Positions 44,422-55,359 are shown, counted from the first letter of the stretch. The stretch is 64,000 nucleotides of DNA from Candidatus Zixiibacteriota bacterium (GCA_041742355.1 JBGSIV010000299.1:7912-71911), one strand, 5' to 3'. Notes: generated by a model not told the origin, from the letters alone. A program made the numbers and translations.

Positions 44422-44852
44422 GTTTATTCTCCTAAAATGTGGTTGGGCCGTTCGAATCGGCCACCGGGGGCGCACTGCGCGTCTGTGTAAGATCGACAAA
44501 TTTGATCCAATTAGCAAGGAAAACCCTCCGGTTGAGGGTTTGGTCCCGGCAACCACAATGTAACATCATGCTGGTTTCGCTGATCTGCTGCCAGGCTGGC
44601 CCTGCTGTTCATTTTTGGCGCAGAATTGGCCAGATCCTGACAAATCATAGACACCGTCATCGACAACAGGCCCGGCCCCCTGCAGGTACTCCCCGCCGTA
44701 ATCCGATAGTATCCCTACCGATTCTGTAATCAGGTCGTGATGAAAAAGGGGACCCAGACCAGGCCGCCGCGGCAGTCCTTCCGCGACAGGCCGGGTGATA
44801 ATGACAGGCTGATTCATAACCACTACCTATAACCAGGACCAGGGGATACGTT

Positions 44853-46307
44853 ATGTTCAAAGTCATCATCTTCGTGCTCTCGCTGCTGCTGCTGGGACAG
44901 GCCCAGGTTGCGGCACAGGACTTCAAAGCTCTGCTGGATGCAGTAGACAAAGTAGCTGCCGACTTGAAGACGCTCGTGGCGAAAGAAGCGCAGACGCGGC
45001 AGCAGGAGCTGCAGTCGGTGCGAAAAGATATCGACCAGCTGAAGACGGCCCCCGGTGCAGGATCGGCCGATCCGACGGTGGCCGCCCTGGCTGCCGAGGT
45101 TCAGGCGCTGAAGGCTGAAGTGCAACGCCTCTCCTCTCAGCCGACATCGGCTCCGGCCAACAGCGACCAACTGGCCGCTCTGACCGGCGAGATCACCGCG
45201 TTGAAGGCCGACCTGAGCGCCCTGCGCGCCAGTACGGAAGAGAACCAGAAGATGCTGGTGTCACTCGACGAAGAGGGATTCTACGTACCCGAAGAGCAGA
45301 ACCAGATGCTCGAACAGATTTACCAGCGCCTCGGCTCTATCAATGAGCAAATGGCCGGGCTGAAATCCACCACCAGCTCCTCCACCACCTCCGGCACGAC
45401 CAATCCGGCGATCATCAGCAAGGGGAAGATCTCCGTCTACGGTTTGGTGCACGAGCACTTCACCGATCAAACCAACGAACGTTCCACCTTCACTGCCAAG
45501 CGGGCTCAATTCGGTCTGCTCGGCGAACTCAACCGGTATGCTCAGATCAAGATAATCGCCGATCTGGCCGGCACGCCGTCGCTGCAGGATGGCGAACTGA
45601 CGGTCTCCCCACACAAGCGGTGGTCGCTGACTGTCGGTCAATTCAAGACTCCCTTCGGGACCGACTTCCTCACCGGCACGCCCGTGCTGCCATTTGTCAA
45701 CGTCGCTATGGCCACCGGCCTTGGCCCTAGCAGGGACATCGGCGCCAGCCTCTCATTCCGCACGCCGCTGGGGGCCGCCCACAGCCTCAAACTGACCACC
45801 GGTATCTTCAACGGCTCAGGCATCAACACGACCGATGCGAACGCCCATAAGAATTTTGTCTTTCGAAGTGAGCTGTCCCTCTTCAAGATGTTCACGTTCG
45901 CACCAAATGTCCTCGCGGGCAAGACCAATGCCGCCGACAGCGCAGCCCTCGACCTGACCACCTACGGCGCCTCGCTCGGCTGGCAGCGCGCCCGCACCCA
46001 GGTGATCGGCGAGTACACCTACTCGACCGTGGGTGACCAGGACAAAGCCGGCTGGTATCTCTGGGCGTCCCAGGGTGTCGCCACCGGCTGGCAGTTCCTG
46101 CCCGTGGTGGAATTTCTCACCCGGTTCGAACAGCTCGACCCGAATCGTGCCGTCGCCGAGAACACGCTTTCGCGGCTGACCTTTGGGACCAATCTGCTCG
46201 TTGACGGCAAGTACACCAAACTCCAGATCAACTATGAACTCGACGACGATGGGGAAGGGCTCGGCCAACAGAACCGCTTGGCTATGAACCTGCAGGCCAG
46301 TTTCTAA
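44853..46307 (+). CDS. Outer-membrane porin (OprO/P-like) with an N-terminal coiled-coil extension
   Basis: Signal peptide [21 protein letters not shown]. Heptad-like repeats occur to about residue 130 ([35 protein letters not shown]). A beta-barrel follows with QFKTPFG, ending ...NLQASF. Confidence 0.65.
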   Translation: MFKVIIFVLSLLLLGQAQVAAQDFKALLDAVDKVAADLKTLVAKEAQTRQQELQSVRKDIDQLKTAPGAGSADPTVAALAAEVQALKAEVQRLSSQPTSAPANSDQLAALTGEITALKADLSALRASTEENQKMLVSLDEEGFYVPEEQNQMLEQIYQRLGSINEQMAGLKSTTSSSTTSGTTNPAIISKGKISVYGLVHEHFTDQTNERSTFTAKRAQFGLLGELNRYAQIKIIADLAGTPSLQDGELTVSPHKRWSLTVGQFKTPFGTDFLTGTPVLPFVNVAMATGLGPSRDIGASLSFRTPLGAAHSLKLTTGIFNGSGINTTDANAHKNFVFRSELSLFKMFTFAPNVLAGKTNAADSAALDLTTYGASLGWQRARTQVIGEYTYSTVGDQDKAGWYLWASQGVATGWQFLPVVEFLTRFEQLDPNRAVAENTLSRLTFGTNLLVDGKYTKLQINYELDDDGEGLGQQNRLAMNLQASF

Positions 46308-46365
46308 TACACGGGACACTGATGACATCGTAGAGAAGAAACAACAAGGAGAAAGGGAGATACGG

Positions 46366-48345
46366 ATGGGGTGGAGAGACTTGAAGGTAGGCACGAAGCT
46401 GTTCGTCGGCTTCGGTGTCCTGTTGCTGCTAACCACGGCCGTCGGCCTGGTTTCATACAAGGGATTTCATGATGTCTCCAGCTTGAGCGCCAGTGCGGAT
46501 CAGGCCAACGGTATCGTCCGCGGCGTAAACGACTGTGCGGTCGCGCGCCGCGACTTCTACTTGACCAGCGACTCGAAATTCGACGAGAAGATTCAGACGA
46601 CTGTCCAGAAGATCGAGCAGCAAATCGACTCACTTGTGAGCAACGTCGAGGATTCCAAGGACCAGGCGACGCTCGAGTCGTTGCGCAAGGAACTGCATGC
46701 CTATCGCGACGGCTTCAAGGACTATGCCAAGCACGCGTACGAGCAGTTCAGGCTCGATGAGGACATGGTCGCCGCCGGTCGCAAGGTGTTGGCGGCCGCA
46801 AAAGAACTCGGCGGACTCGAGGGCTACCGGGTGGAGTCCCGCATTCGCCAGTGCCGCCAGGCCGAGAAGAACTATATTCTCCGCGATGACGAGAAGTACG
46901 TCGAGGAGATCAATAGGACGGCCGAACAAATGCTCGCTGACCTGCTCGTTATGCGTGCCGGTTCCTCAAGCGGCACAGTCGCCGAGATCACCAGTGGCGT
47001 CCAGGAGTACCTGACCGCCTTCAAGGAGTACTACGCACAGCGTGAGGAGCAGCAGAAGGGAGGCGAGACGCTCAAGGTTCAGGCCGCCAAGGTGGTCGAG
47101 AGCTCGGACCTCATCTGGTCGAGCATCCATGAGAAAGTAAATCAGGCCGAATCGACCGCCGTATCTCTATCGATCGCGTTTGTTCTCTGCGCCGTGTTCC
47201 TCGGTATCGCCATAGCCTGGATCATCGCCCGCACCATCTCCCGGTCGGTGGTCGAAATGACCCGTATCGCCGAAGCCATCGCCCACGGACACATCGATCA
47301 TACGATCGAGATTCGGTCCAACGACGAAATCGGCTTACTGGCCAAATCGTTCCAGGAACTGATCGCCTATATGAAGAACCTAGCCGGTGCGGCGGAGCGG
47401 ATAGCGGCCAACGACCTGACGGTGGCGGTACAGCCGCGCTCGGAGCGGGATGTCCTGGGCATCGCCTTTAAGACCATGGTCCAGAACCTGACCGGCATGA
47501 TCCGGCAGCTTTCCGACAACGCCCGGGAGCTGGTCAGCGCGGCGACCGAGATCTCCAGTTCGGCCGAGCAGATCAGCAAAGGCAGCAAGGAGCAGTCCGA
47601 CCAGGTCAACCAGGTCTCCACGGCGGTCGAGGAGATGACGGCGACCATCCTGGAGAGCAGCCGCAACGCCGGGGACGCCTCCGGCACGGCCCAGGGGGCC
47701 TCCCAGACGGCGCTGTCGGGCGGGCAGCTGGTGACCGACACCATCCACGGCATGCAGACCATTGCCCAGGTGGTGCGCGAGTCGGCCGACTCGATCGGGA
47801 AACTGGCCAGCTCGGCCGACCAGATCGGGGAGATCATCGGGGTGATCGACGACATCGCCGACCAGACCAACCTCCTGGCTTTAAACGCGGCTATCGAAGC
47901 GGCCCGGGCCGGGGAGCAGGGGCGGGGCTTTGCCGTGGTGGCCGACGAGGTCAGAAAGCTGGCCGAGCGGACGGGCAAGGCGACCGGGGAGATCACCGAG
48001 ATGATCAAGGGGATCCAGAAGCAGACGGCCGAGGCGGTCTCGTCGATGCAGTCGGGTATCAGCGAGGTGGACAAGGGGCGCAGCCTGGCCGACAAGGCGG
48101 GCTCGAGCTTAAGCGAGATCGTGACCATGGCCCAGAAGGTGACCGAGATGGTGGCCCAGATGGCCAAGGCCAGCGAAGAACAGTCCAGCGCGGCCGAGCA
48201 GATTTCCCGGTCGATGGAGCACATCAGTTCGGTGACGCGGGAATCGGCCACCGGGGCGGAGCAGGCGGCCACCGCGGCCGAGGAGCTCAACCGCCAGGCC
48301 GAGGGCCTGCAGAACATGGTCACCAAGTTCAAAGTAAACGCCTGA
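46366..48345 (+). CDS. Methyl-accepting chemotaxis protein
   Basis: Two TM segments flank a ligand-binding helical domain, followed by HAMP. The highly conserved hairpin is [39 protein letters not shown]. Confidence 0.92.
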   Translation: MGWRDLKVGTKLFVGFGVLLLLTTAVGLVSYKGFHDVSSLSASADQANGIVRGVNDCAVARRDFYLTSDSKFDEKIQTTVQKIEQQIDSLVSNVEDSKDQATLESLRKELHAYRDGFKDYAKHAYEQFRLDEDMVAAGRKVLAAAKELGGLEGYRVESRIRQCRQAEKNYILRDDEKYVEEINRTAEQMLADLLVMRAGSSSGTVAEITSGVQEYLTAFKEYYAQREEQQKGGETLKVQAAKVVESSDLIWSSIHEKVNQAESTAVSLSIAFVLCAVFLGIAIAWIIARTISRSVVEMTRIAEAIAHGHIDHTIEIRSNDEIGLLAKSFQELIAYMKNLAGAAERIAANDLTVAVQPRSERDVLGIAFKTMVQNLTGMIRQLSDNARELVSAATEISSSAEQISKGSKEQSDQVNQVSTAVEEMTATILESSRNAGDASGTAQGASQTALSGGQLVTDTIHGMQTIAQVVRESADSIGKLASSADQIGEIIGVIDDIADQTNLLALNAAIEAARAGEQGRGFAVVADEVRKLAERTGKATGEITEMIKGIQKQTAEAVSSMQSGISEVDKGRSLADKAGSSLSEIVTMAQKVTEMVAQMAKASEEQSSAAEQISRSMEHISSVTRESATGAEQAATAAEELNRQAEGLQNMVTKFKVNA

Positions 48346-48374
48346 GCATAGATTCACTGCCGGCGTTGATACTT

Positions 48375-48406
48375 GGGCGGGGAGAGCACCCCCGCCCGAT
48401 TTTTTA
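48375..48406 (+). terminator. Rho-independent terminator
   Basis: GGGCGGGG-AGAGCAC-CCCCGCCC followed by GATTTTTT. Confidence 0.75.
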
Positions 48407-48479
48407 GCTTACAGTCCCCCCGATCTGTATCGTATCTTTGTATTCCACTGCATGCGGGAAACCTGAACAGGAGTAGGCT

Positions 48480-48902
48480 ATGCCTGTCATGACCGTCGAC
48501 CAGTTCTCGTTTCGGCTGGCCACGCTCTGCCTTCAGAGCGGAGGTATCGATCTGCCCCGAAGGCAACTGGATCGGCACGTTCTCTTCCGGAGCATCGTGC
48601 AGACACTCGATCCCTCCAGGACTTACACCGAGAACGAACTCAACCTGGCAATCGAGGCCTGGCTCTCCGAAGTCGGACAGAATATCCACATCGACCACGT
48701 TACCCTTCGGAGGCACCTGGTGGACGAGCGGTACCTCAAGCGAGATGCAGCCGGCGCTGCTTACCGGCTTTTCCAGTGGCAGAGGGAAGACCTCTTTGAC
48801 CCGGCGGTCAGTGGTCTGGATCCGGGCCGGGTCGTTCGGGAGGCTATTGAAACGAGAGAACAGCAGAAGAAACGGTACGAAGCGCCCCCTGACACCGCCT
48901 GA
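48480..48902 (+). CDS. DUF2087-like small protein (putative transcription-associated)
   Basis: YTENELNLAIEAWLSEVGQNIHIDHVTLRRHLVDERYLKRDAAGAAYRL resembles the DUF2087 core. AGGAG lies 6 nt upstream of the ATG. Confidence 0.5.
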   Translation: MPVMTVDQFSFRLATLCLQSGGIDLPRRQLDRHVLFRSIVQTLDPSRTYTENELNLAIEAWLSEVGQNIHIDHVTLRRHLVDERYLKRDAAGAAYRLFQWQREDLFDPAVSGLDPGRVVREAIETREQQKKRYEAPPDTA

Positions 48903-48980
48903 CTTCCGTAGGATCTGCCTGAAGTCAGGGGGAATTTCACCCCGAAGTCCACGAATATTGTGATTTTTGTACGAGATTAC

Positions 48981-49008
48981 TTGACAGTTTTCCGAGCACC
49001 CCTATATT
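48981..49008 (+). promoter_or_regulatory. Near-consensus sigma70-type promoter upstream of gdh
   Basis: TTGACA (48981-48986), a 16-nt spacer, then TATATT (49003-49008). This leaves a leader of about 180 nt before ATG 49188. Confidence 0.4.
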
Positions 49009-49187
49009 CTGTCTTGTGAAAAAAGTAACAAAGCCGACTAAACCGGCAATTAAAGATAGTTGAAATCTTGTTTTACGGTTCATTACTTGTACCAACAAAC
49101 GCGACTCCGTTGCGGCCTGCTCTCCCGACGCAAACTGCGAAGGGAACTGACCCAACGCCGCGGCATTAGTGATGTGAGGATTCAGTC

Positions 49188-50474
49188 ATGAGTAAAGGGT
49201 CATTCAATCCATTCTTGATGGCTCAGACACAGTTCGACGGCGTAGCCGACATCCTGCAGTTGGATGGCGCTACCCGCGATCTGCTCCGCAACCCGTTAAG
49301 AGAATACCAGTTCAGTATTCCCGTCCGGATGGACGACGGATCGGTGAAGGTTTTCCGCGGTTTCCGCGTCCAGCATAACGACTCGCGCGGTCCCTGCAAG
49401 GGTGGCATTCGCTTCCACCCGCAGGAGACGATAGACACCGTGCGCGCCCTCGCCATGTGGATGACCTGGAAGTGCGCCGTGGTTGACATCCCGCTCGGCG
49501 GCGGCAAGGGCGGCGTGATCTGCGATCCGCACAACCTGAGCCAGCGCGAACAGGAGTCCATTTGTCGCGGCTGGGTCCGTCAGTTGGCGAGGAACGTCGG
49601 CCCGATCGCCGATGTCCCGGCGCCGGACGTCATGACCAGCCCGCAACACATGCTCTGGATGCTCGATGAGTACGAACACATCCACGGCGGCAAGTACCCC
49701 GGCTTCATCACCGGCAAACCGGTGGGCATGGGCGGATCTCTGGGCCGTACCGAAGCGACCGGCTTCGGCGTTGTGTACACCGTCCGCGAAGCCCTCAAGC
49801 AGCTCTCTATTCGCCCGGGCGACACTATCGCCAGCGTCCAGGGTTTCGGCAACGTCGCTCAGTACGCCATCAAGCTGTACCAGGAACTCGGCGGCAAGGT
49901 TATCTGTGTCTCGTGCTGGGATCAGAACGACCAGACCTCGTACACGTTCCGCAAGAAGACCGGCGTTAACCTTGAGCAGTTGCTCGGGATCACCGATCGG
50001 TTCGGCGGCATCGACAAGAACAAAGCCCGCGACCTTGGGTACGAAGTTCTGCCTGGAGATGCGTGGATCGAGCAGGAGGTTGACATCCTCTTCCCGTCGG
50101 CCATCGAAAACCAGATCACGGGCGAAAACGTCGAGAAGATCTCGCAGCGGGTGCGGGTCATCGCCGAGGGCGCCAATGGTCCGACGACACCGGAAGCCGA
50201 CCGCGTTATCTCCAAGCGCGGCATCTTCATAATTCCCGACTTCCTGGCCAACGCCGGCGGCGTTACCTGCAGCTACTTCGAGCAGGTCCAGTCCAACATG
50301 AACTACTTCTGGGAGAAGCCCGAAGTGCTCGACAAGCTGGACACCAAGATGACCTCGGCCTTCCTCGCGGTGAGCGATCTCGCCTGCCGCAAGAACCTGT
50401 ACATGCGCGATGCCGCGTACGTTATCGCGGTCGGACGTGTGGCGCAGGCCTGCCGGGATCGCGGCTGGGTGTAA
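49188..50474 (+). CDS. gdhA: Glutamate dehydrogenase (Glu/Leu/Phe/Val dehydrogenase family)
   Basis: RGPCKGGIRFHP with the catalytic Lys context, PLGGGKGGV, and the Rossmann motif VQGFGNVAQYA. 428 aa. Confidence 0.92.
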   Translation: MSKGSFNPFLMAQTQFDGVADILQLDGATRDLLRNPLREYQFSIPVRMDDGSVKVFRGFRVQHNDSRGPCKGGIRFHPQETIDTVRALAMWMTWKCAVVDIPLGGGKGGVICDPHNLSQREQESICRGWVRQLARNVGPIADVPAPDVMTSPQHMLWMLDEYEHIHGGKYPGFITGKPVGMGGSLGRTEATGFGVVYTVREALKQLSIRPGDTIASVQGFGNVAQYAIKLYQELGGKVICVSCWDQNDQTSYTFRKKTGVNLEQLLGITDRFGGIDKNKARDLGYEVLPGDAWIEQEVDILFPSAIENQITGENVEKISQRVRVIAEGANGPTTPEADRVISKRGIFIIPDFLANAGGVTCSYFEQVQSNMNYFWEKPEVLDKLDTKMTSAFLAVSDLACRKNLYMRDAAYVIAVGRVAQACRDRGWV

Positions 50475-50509
50475 TACCCCTTCGATCCGGCCTTTTCGAG
50501 AACTGACTA

Positions 50510-50548
50510 TCGGCCGTACGCCCCGCAGGCGTACGGCCGTTTCATTCT
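50510..50548 (+). terminator. Rho-independent terminator
   Basis: 12-bp stem CGGCCGTACGCC / GGCGTACGGCCG with loop CCGCA, followed by TTTCATTCTT. Confidence 0.75.
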
Positions 50549-50701
50549 TGCATTCCCGTGGTCCCGCCGTGATATTGACGGTACAACAGGTACACGCCCC
50601 CCTGCACGGGGGCGCCAAGACAGTCGCCGTGTTTCTAAGGCGCAAGCAGATGCCGCAGAGCGACCGGCACGAAGCCGGGATCGCCGAGGAGAGCAGACGA
50701 T

Positions 50702-53700
50702 ATGGTTGACAAAGACCGACCCATGGGCGATTACTGGGCGCTCGACCGGCTCATCGACTCCCTGCAGGAGCGGGCCAAGGAACTTAACTGCATCTACCGC
50801 GTCGGCGCCATCCTCAGCAACCCCGACGAACCGATCGAGCGGGTCTGCCCGCGACTTATCGATGTCATTCCTTCCGGCTACCAGTACCCCCGCCTCTGCC
50901 AGGTCAAGATTATCCTCGAAGGCGACACCTACGCCTCTGCCGACTTCTCCGAGACCCCCTGGCTGCAAACGGCTGAGATCATGGTCCAGGACGTATCCAT
51001 CGGCGAACTGACCGTTTGCTACCGCGAAGAGATCCCGGGCGCCAACCACGACACGTTTCTCAAGGACGAGAACAAGCTCCTGCAGACGATCGCCGACCGG
51101 CTCGGTTATTTCATCTGCCATCAGAAAATGCGCAGCGTAACCCAGGAGTGGCAGTCGGTGAAACGCGAGGGGGGCGGGGTCGGTCGCCACGACTGGCAGG
51201 TCGTCGTCAAGCTCCTGCGCGAGACCGACCGCGAGCTCTACCTCACGATCGCCCGCAAGATGCTCAACCATCTCTGCTGGAGCGGTATTACCGAGGCCGA
51301 GGTGCTTCTGCAATCGTTCAGTTCCAACCAGTCGTCGGACTCCGAGGATACTCCCGAACACTGGAATCGCCCGCATCAGCGCAAACCGCTCGTCATGTCG
51401 GCCGCCTTCAGCTCGGCCGCTTTCAAGATCGCCTCGGAACATCTCGATGGCACCGAGATCCTGAAGCTCATCCAGAAGTGGATCCAGGAAGACAAGCTCA
51501 ATTTCCTGGTCCAGGTGGTCAATCGCAACCTGTCCCTGCCCGAGGTGGCCGACGCCATCCGGCGCTTCCGCCACCTGACCCAGGACGAGCCGATGACGCT
51601 CTCTTCGAGCATGCGCGGGATACAGGTCTCCCTGATACGTCGTTTCCTCTCCGACCAGCAGCAGTACATCAATGTCGCCAAGAACTACATTGAAGTCTCC
51701 GATTTCGCCGAACTGATCCAGAACATGATCTTTACGTCCGAAAGCCACGGACGTATCGGCGGCAAGAGCGCCGGATTCTACCTGGCCAAACAGATCCTCC
51801 TGAAAAAGGCCCGGGAGAACGATCTCCTGGCCAACATTACGATCCCCAAGACCTGGTTCATTACGTCGGATATCCTTCTGCACTTTATGCACTACAACAA
51901 CCTCGATGACGTCGTCGAGCAAAAGTACAAGGACATCGACCAGGTCCGCCGTGAGTATCCGCACATCGTGCAGTCGTTCAAGAGCGCCCGCTTCCCGGCG
52001 GATATCGTGAAAGGGCTGTCGATGGCGCTGGATGATTTTGGCGATCGACCGCTCATTGTCCGCAGTTCAAGTCTCCTGGAAGATCGTTTCGGCGCAGCCT
52101 TTTCCGGCAAGTACAAGAGCCTCTTTCTGGCCAACCGCGGCAGCAAGCAGCGCCGCCTTGAAGCGCTTATGGACGCGATCGCCGAGGTCTACGCCTCGAC
52201 TTTCGGCCCCGACCCGATTGAGTATCGAGCCGAACGCGAACTGATCGACTTCGCCGAGGAAATGGGCATCATCATTCAGGAGGTCGTCGGCAGCCACATC
52301 GGCAAGTACTTCCTCCCCTCGTTCGCCGGTGTCGCTTTCAGCAACAACGAATTCCGCTGGTCGCCGCGCATCCAGCGCTCGGACGGCCTCATCCGGCTCG
52401 TTCCCGGCCTCGGGACCCGCGCGGTCGACCGTCTCAGCAACGACTACCCGGTGCTCATTGCACCCGGACAGCCCGGCCTCCGCGCTAATGTCACGCCCGA
52501 CGACGTTGTGCGCTATGCCCCCAAATACATCGATGTCATCAACCTCGAAGCCGAAGACTTCGAGACCATTGATCTCCTGGGCTTTCTCCGCGAAGTCGAC
52601 TTCCAGGTCCCTTCGGTTCACCAAATGCTCTCCCTCTACCACGAGGGGCATCTGACCCTGCCCGGTATCACGACCGACTTTGGCAGCACCACCCCGGTCG
52701 CGACGTTCGATGGCCTGATCAGCAGGACGCGTTTCGTCCGGCGCCTGCGCACTATCCTGCAGACCCTTGAAGAGACGCTTGTCACCCCGGTCGACATCGA
52801 ATTCGCTTGCGATGGCGACGACTTCTACCTTCTGCAGTGCCGTGCCCAGAGCTACTCTCCAGAAAGCGCCCCGGCTCCGATTCCCAAAGACATCCCGATG
52901 GAGCAGATCGTTTTCACCGCCCGGCGCTACGTCTCCAATGGCCGGGTTCCCGATGTTACCCACATTGTGTATGTCGATCCGCGCAAGTACAACGAGATCG
53001 GGGAGCGCGCCGATCTGGTGTCGGTCGGACGGGCCGTGAGCCGCCTGAACAAACTCCTGCCGAAGCGTAAGTTCATCCTCATGGGCCCGGGGCGATGGGG
53101 CCGCCGCGGCGACATCAAGCTCGGCGTCAACGTGACCTACTCCGACATAAACAATTGCGCCGTGCTTATTGAGATTGCCATGCAGCACGGCCACTACGTC
53201 CCCGACCTGTCCTTCGGCACCCACTTTTTCCAGGATCTCGTCGAGGCGAACATCCGCTACCTGCCGCTCTTTCCCGATGACGAGCAGGTAGTCTTCAGCG
53301 AACGGTTCCTGACCCAGCAGCCGAACATGCTTCCGGAACTTCTGCCGGAGTACGGCTCCCTGGCCGATGTTCTCAAAGTCATCGACGTCCCGAAGTCGAC
53401 GCGGGGAAGAGTCCTGCGCATCCTCATGAATGCCGATCTCGATGAAGCGGTCGGTCTCCTGGCCGCGCCCAACGAGGAGCTCGATACGCCCGTCTCCTAC
53501 GTTGAGGCGCCTGTGCACCCGCGCGAGGACTACTGGCGCTGGCGCGTGCAGATGGCCGAACGTGTCGCCGCCCACGTCGATGCCGACCGTTTTGGCGTTG
53601 CCGGCCTGTACCTCATCGGCAGTGCCAAGAACGCCAACGCCGGCCCCGCCAGCGACATCGACATGCTGGTGCACTTCCGCGGAACGCCCGACCAGCTGGA

Positions 53701-53896
53701 GGCGCTTCGGCTCTGGTTCGAAGGTTGGAGCCACTGCCTCGACGAAATGAACTACATCCGTACCGGCTACCGGAGCGGCGGTTTGCTCGATGTCGAGTAT
53801 GTAGGAGACGACGAGATCGAGCGGAAGATCGGCTACGCCGCGCGCATCAATGCGGTCACCGACCCCGCCCGCCCGCTGGCGATGATGAAGAAGTGA
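50702..53896 (+). CDS. Multidomain protein: N-terminal sensor-like domain, PEP/pyruvate-binding ATP-grasp (PPDK_N) and a C-terminal minimal nucleotidyltransferase
   Basis: N-terminus: ELNCIYRVGAIL...IPSGYQYPRLCQVKIILEGDTYASADFSETPW..GELTVCYREE. PPDK_N: GRIGGKSAGFYLA, LIVRSSSLLEDRFGAAFSGKYKSLFL, VDIEFACDGDDFYLLQCR. NTase: LYLIGSAKNANAGPASDIDMLVHF. I see no phosphohistidine swivel motif (TGGxTSHAAI-like). Confidence 0.75.
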   Translation: MVDKDRPMGDYWALDRLIDSLQERAKELNCIYRVGAILSNPDEPIERVCPRLIDVIPSGYQYPRLCQVKIILEGDTYASADFSETPWLQTAEIMVQDVSIGELTVCYREEIPGANHDTFLKDENKLLQTIADRLGYFICHQKMRSVTQEWQSVKREGGGVGRHDWQVVVKLLRETDRELYLTIARKMLNHLCWSGITEAEVLLQSFSSNQSSDSEDTPEHWNRPHQRKPLVMSAAFSSAAFKIASEHLDGTEILKLIQKWIQEDKLNFLVQVVNRNLSLPEVADAIRRFRHLTQDEPMTLSSSMRGIQVSLIRRFLSDQQQYINVAKNYIEVSDFAELIQNMIFTSESHGRIGGKSAGFYLAKQILLKKARENDLLANITIPKTWFITSDILLHFMHYNNLDDVVEQKYKDIDQVRREYPHIVQSFKSARFPADIVKGLSMALDDFGDRPLIVRSSSLLEDRFGAAFSGKYKSLFLANRGSKQRRLEALMDAIAEVYASTFGPDPIEYRAERELIDFAEEMGIIIQEVVGSHIGKYFLPSFAGVAFSNNEFRWSPRIQRSDGLIRLVPGLGTRAVDRLSNDYPVLIAPGQPGLRANVTPDDVVRYAPKYIDVINLEAEDFETIDLLGFLREVDFQVPSVHQMLSLYHEGHLTLPGITTDFGSTTPVATFDGLISRTRFVRRLRTILQTLEETLVTPVDIEFACDGDDFYLLQCRAQSYSPESAPAPIPKDIPMEQIVFTARRYVSNGRVPDVTHIVYVDPRKYNEIGERADLVSVGRAVSRLNKLLPKRKFILMGPGRWGRRGDIKLGVNVTYSDINNCAVLIEIAMQHGHYVPDLSFGTHFFQDLVEANIRYLPLFPDDEQVVFSERFLTQQPNMLPELLPEYGSLADVLKVIDVPKSTRGRVLRILMNADLDEAVGLLAAPNEELDTPVSYVEAPVHPREDYWRWRVQMAERVAAHVDADRFGVAGLYLIGSAKNANAGPASDIDMLVHFRGTPDQLEALRLWFEGWSHCLDEMNYIRTGYRSGGLLDVEYVGDDEIERKIGYAARINAVTDPARPLAMMKK

Positions 53897-53993
53897 TTGA
53901 TCGCGGCACCCGGCATTTCCATTCTGTTCGGTTGCGCAATTCGGAAACCCGGTACATCTGAGAACGGGCCTGGACCCACGCTAATGCCTGCCG

Positions 53994-55337
53994 ATGAATA
54001 GACTCGATGAGACCGCTCCGCAAGAATCACGGCTCCGCACGGTGTTCCGCGCCCTGCGTCACCGGAACTTCCGCTACTTCTACATGGGGCAGACCGTCTC
54101 GCTCACCGGCACCTGGATGCAGCGCGTCGCCATGGGCTGGCTGGTCTACCGCCTCACCGAATCGGCCTTCCTGCTCGGGTTGGTCGGGTTCACCAGCCAG
54201 ATTCCCACCCTGCTCCTGTCACCGTTCGCCGGAGTCGTCGCCGACCGCTTCAGCCGCCATCGCCTCACTATCATTACCCAGGCTCTCGCCATGCTGCAGG
54301 CGTTCACGCTCGCTACCCTCGTTTTCACCGATGTCGTGCAGGTTTGGCACGTCATCGTTTTGAGCGGGCTCCTCGGCGTCATAAACGCCTTCGATATGCC
54401 TATTCGCCAGTCGTTCATGGTCGAGATGATCGAAGACCGCCGGGATCTCGGCAACGCGATCGCACTGAACTCCTCAATGGTTAACGCGGCGCGACTGATC
54501 GGGCCGTCGACCGCCGGTCTGCTGATTGCCGCGGTCGGCGAAGGCATCTGCTTTCTGATTAACGGTCTTAGCTATATCGCGGTGATCGGATCGCTCATGG
54601 CGATGACGATTCCTCCGTCGAAACCGAAGCTGCGTACGACGCGCGTCTGGCACGAGCTGCGCGAGGGGCTCCAGTACGCCGGGCGGTTCGAGCCGATCCG
54701 GGCCATCCTGCTGATGTTGGCACTGGTAGGTTTCGCCGGTATGCCCTACACCGTCCTCCTGCCCGTTTTTGCCCGCGACATCCTCAAGGGGGGACCCGAC
54801 ACGCTCGGCTTTCTCATGGGCGCCGCCGGGATCGGCGCACTCTTCGGCGCAGTATACCTCGCGTCACGCAAAAGCGTTTTTGGGTTGGGCAAACTGATTC
54901 CGATCGCCTCAGCCGTCTTTGGCCTGAGCCTCATGATCTTTTCGTTCTCGGAGATGATGGTGGTGTCGCTGGCGCTGATGTTCCTGACCGGACTCGGGCA
55001 GATGATCGAAATGGCGACGAGCAACACGCTCCTGCAGACGATCGTCGACGATGACAAGCGCGGCCGGATTATGAGTCTCTACACGATCGCCATCATGGGC
55101 ATGGCCCCCATCGGCAGTTTTATCGCCGGAAGTCTCGCCAGCAGCATCGGCGCGCCGTGGACTGTCTTCATTGGCGGCAGTACGTGCGTGATAGGATCGT
55201 ACTTCTTTGCCCGACGGCTGCCCATTTTGCGGGAGAAGGTCCTCCCGGTTTACCGCCAGCGGGGGATCGTTCCCGAAATCGCGCGCGGCCTGCAGGGAGC
55301 GACCGAGCCGCCCGCCCCCGGACCGTATCCCCAGTAA
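53994..55337 (+). CDS. MFS transporter (EntS/MFS_3-like)
   Basis: FRYFYMGQTVSLTGTWMQRVAMGWLVY, the loop 2-3 motif GVVADRFSRHR, and 12 predicted TM helices. Confidence 0.85.
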   Translation: MNRLDETAPQESRLRTVFRALRHRNFRYFYMGQTVSLTGTWMQRVAMGWLVYRLTESAFLLGLVGFTSQIPTLLLSPFAGVVADRFSRHRLTIITQALAMLQAFTLATLVFTDVVQVWHVIVLSGLLGVINAFDMPIRQSFMVEMIEDRRDLGNAIALNSSMVNAARLIGPSTAGLLIAAVGEGICFLINGLSYIAVIGSLMAMTIPPSKPKLRTTRVWHELREGLQYAGRFEPIRAILLMLALVGFAGMPYTVLLPVFARDILKGGPDTLGFLMGAAGIGALFGAVYLASRKSVFGLGKLIPIASAVFGLSLMIFSFSEMMVVSLALMFLTGLGQMIEMATSNTLLQTIVDDDKRGRIMSLYTIAIMGMAPIGSFIAGSLASSIGAPWTVFIGGSTCVIGSYFFARRLPILREKVLPVYRQRGIVPEIARGLQGATEPPAPGPYPQ

Positions 55338-55359
55338 CACCGGGGGCGAACCCCCGGTG
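55338..55359. terminator. GC-rich hairpin between convergent genes (possible terminator; no U-tract)
   Basis: CACCGGGGG-CGAA-CCCCCGGTG, a 9-bp perfect stem. Confidence 0.4.

Noticed and set aside
44566-44823. 85-aa minus-strand ORF in the kinase/porin intergenic region (MVMNQPVIITRPVAEG...)
   Set aside because: It has no convincing SD, its codon usage differs from neighbouring genes (several A/T-ending codons), and I recognise no motif. A real small protein cannot be excluded without conservation data.
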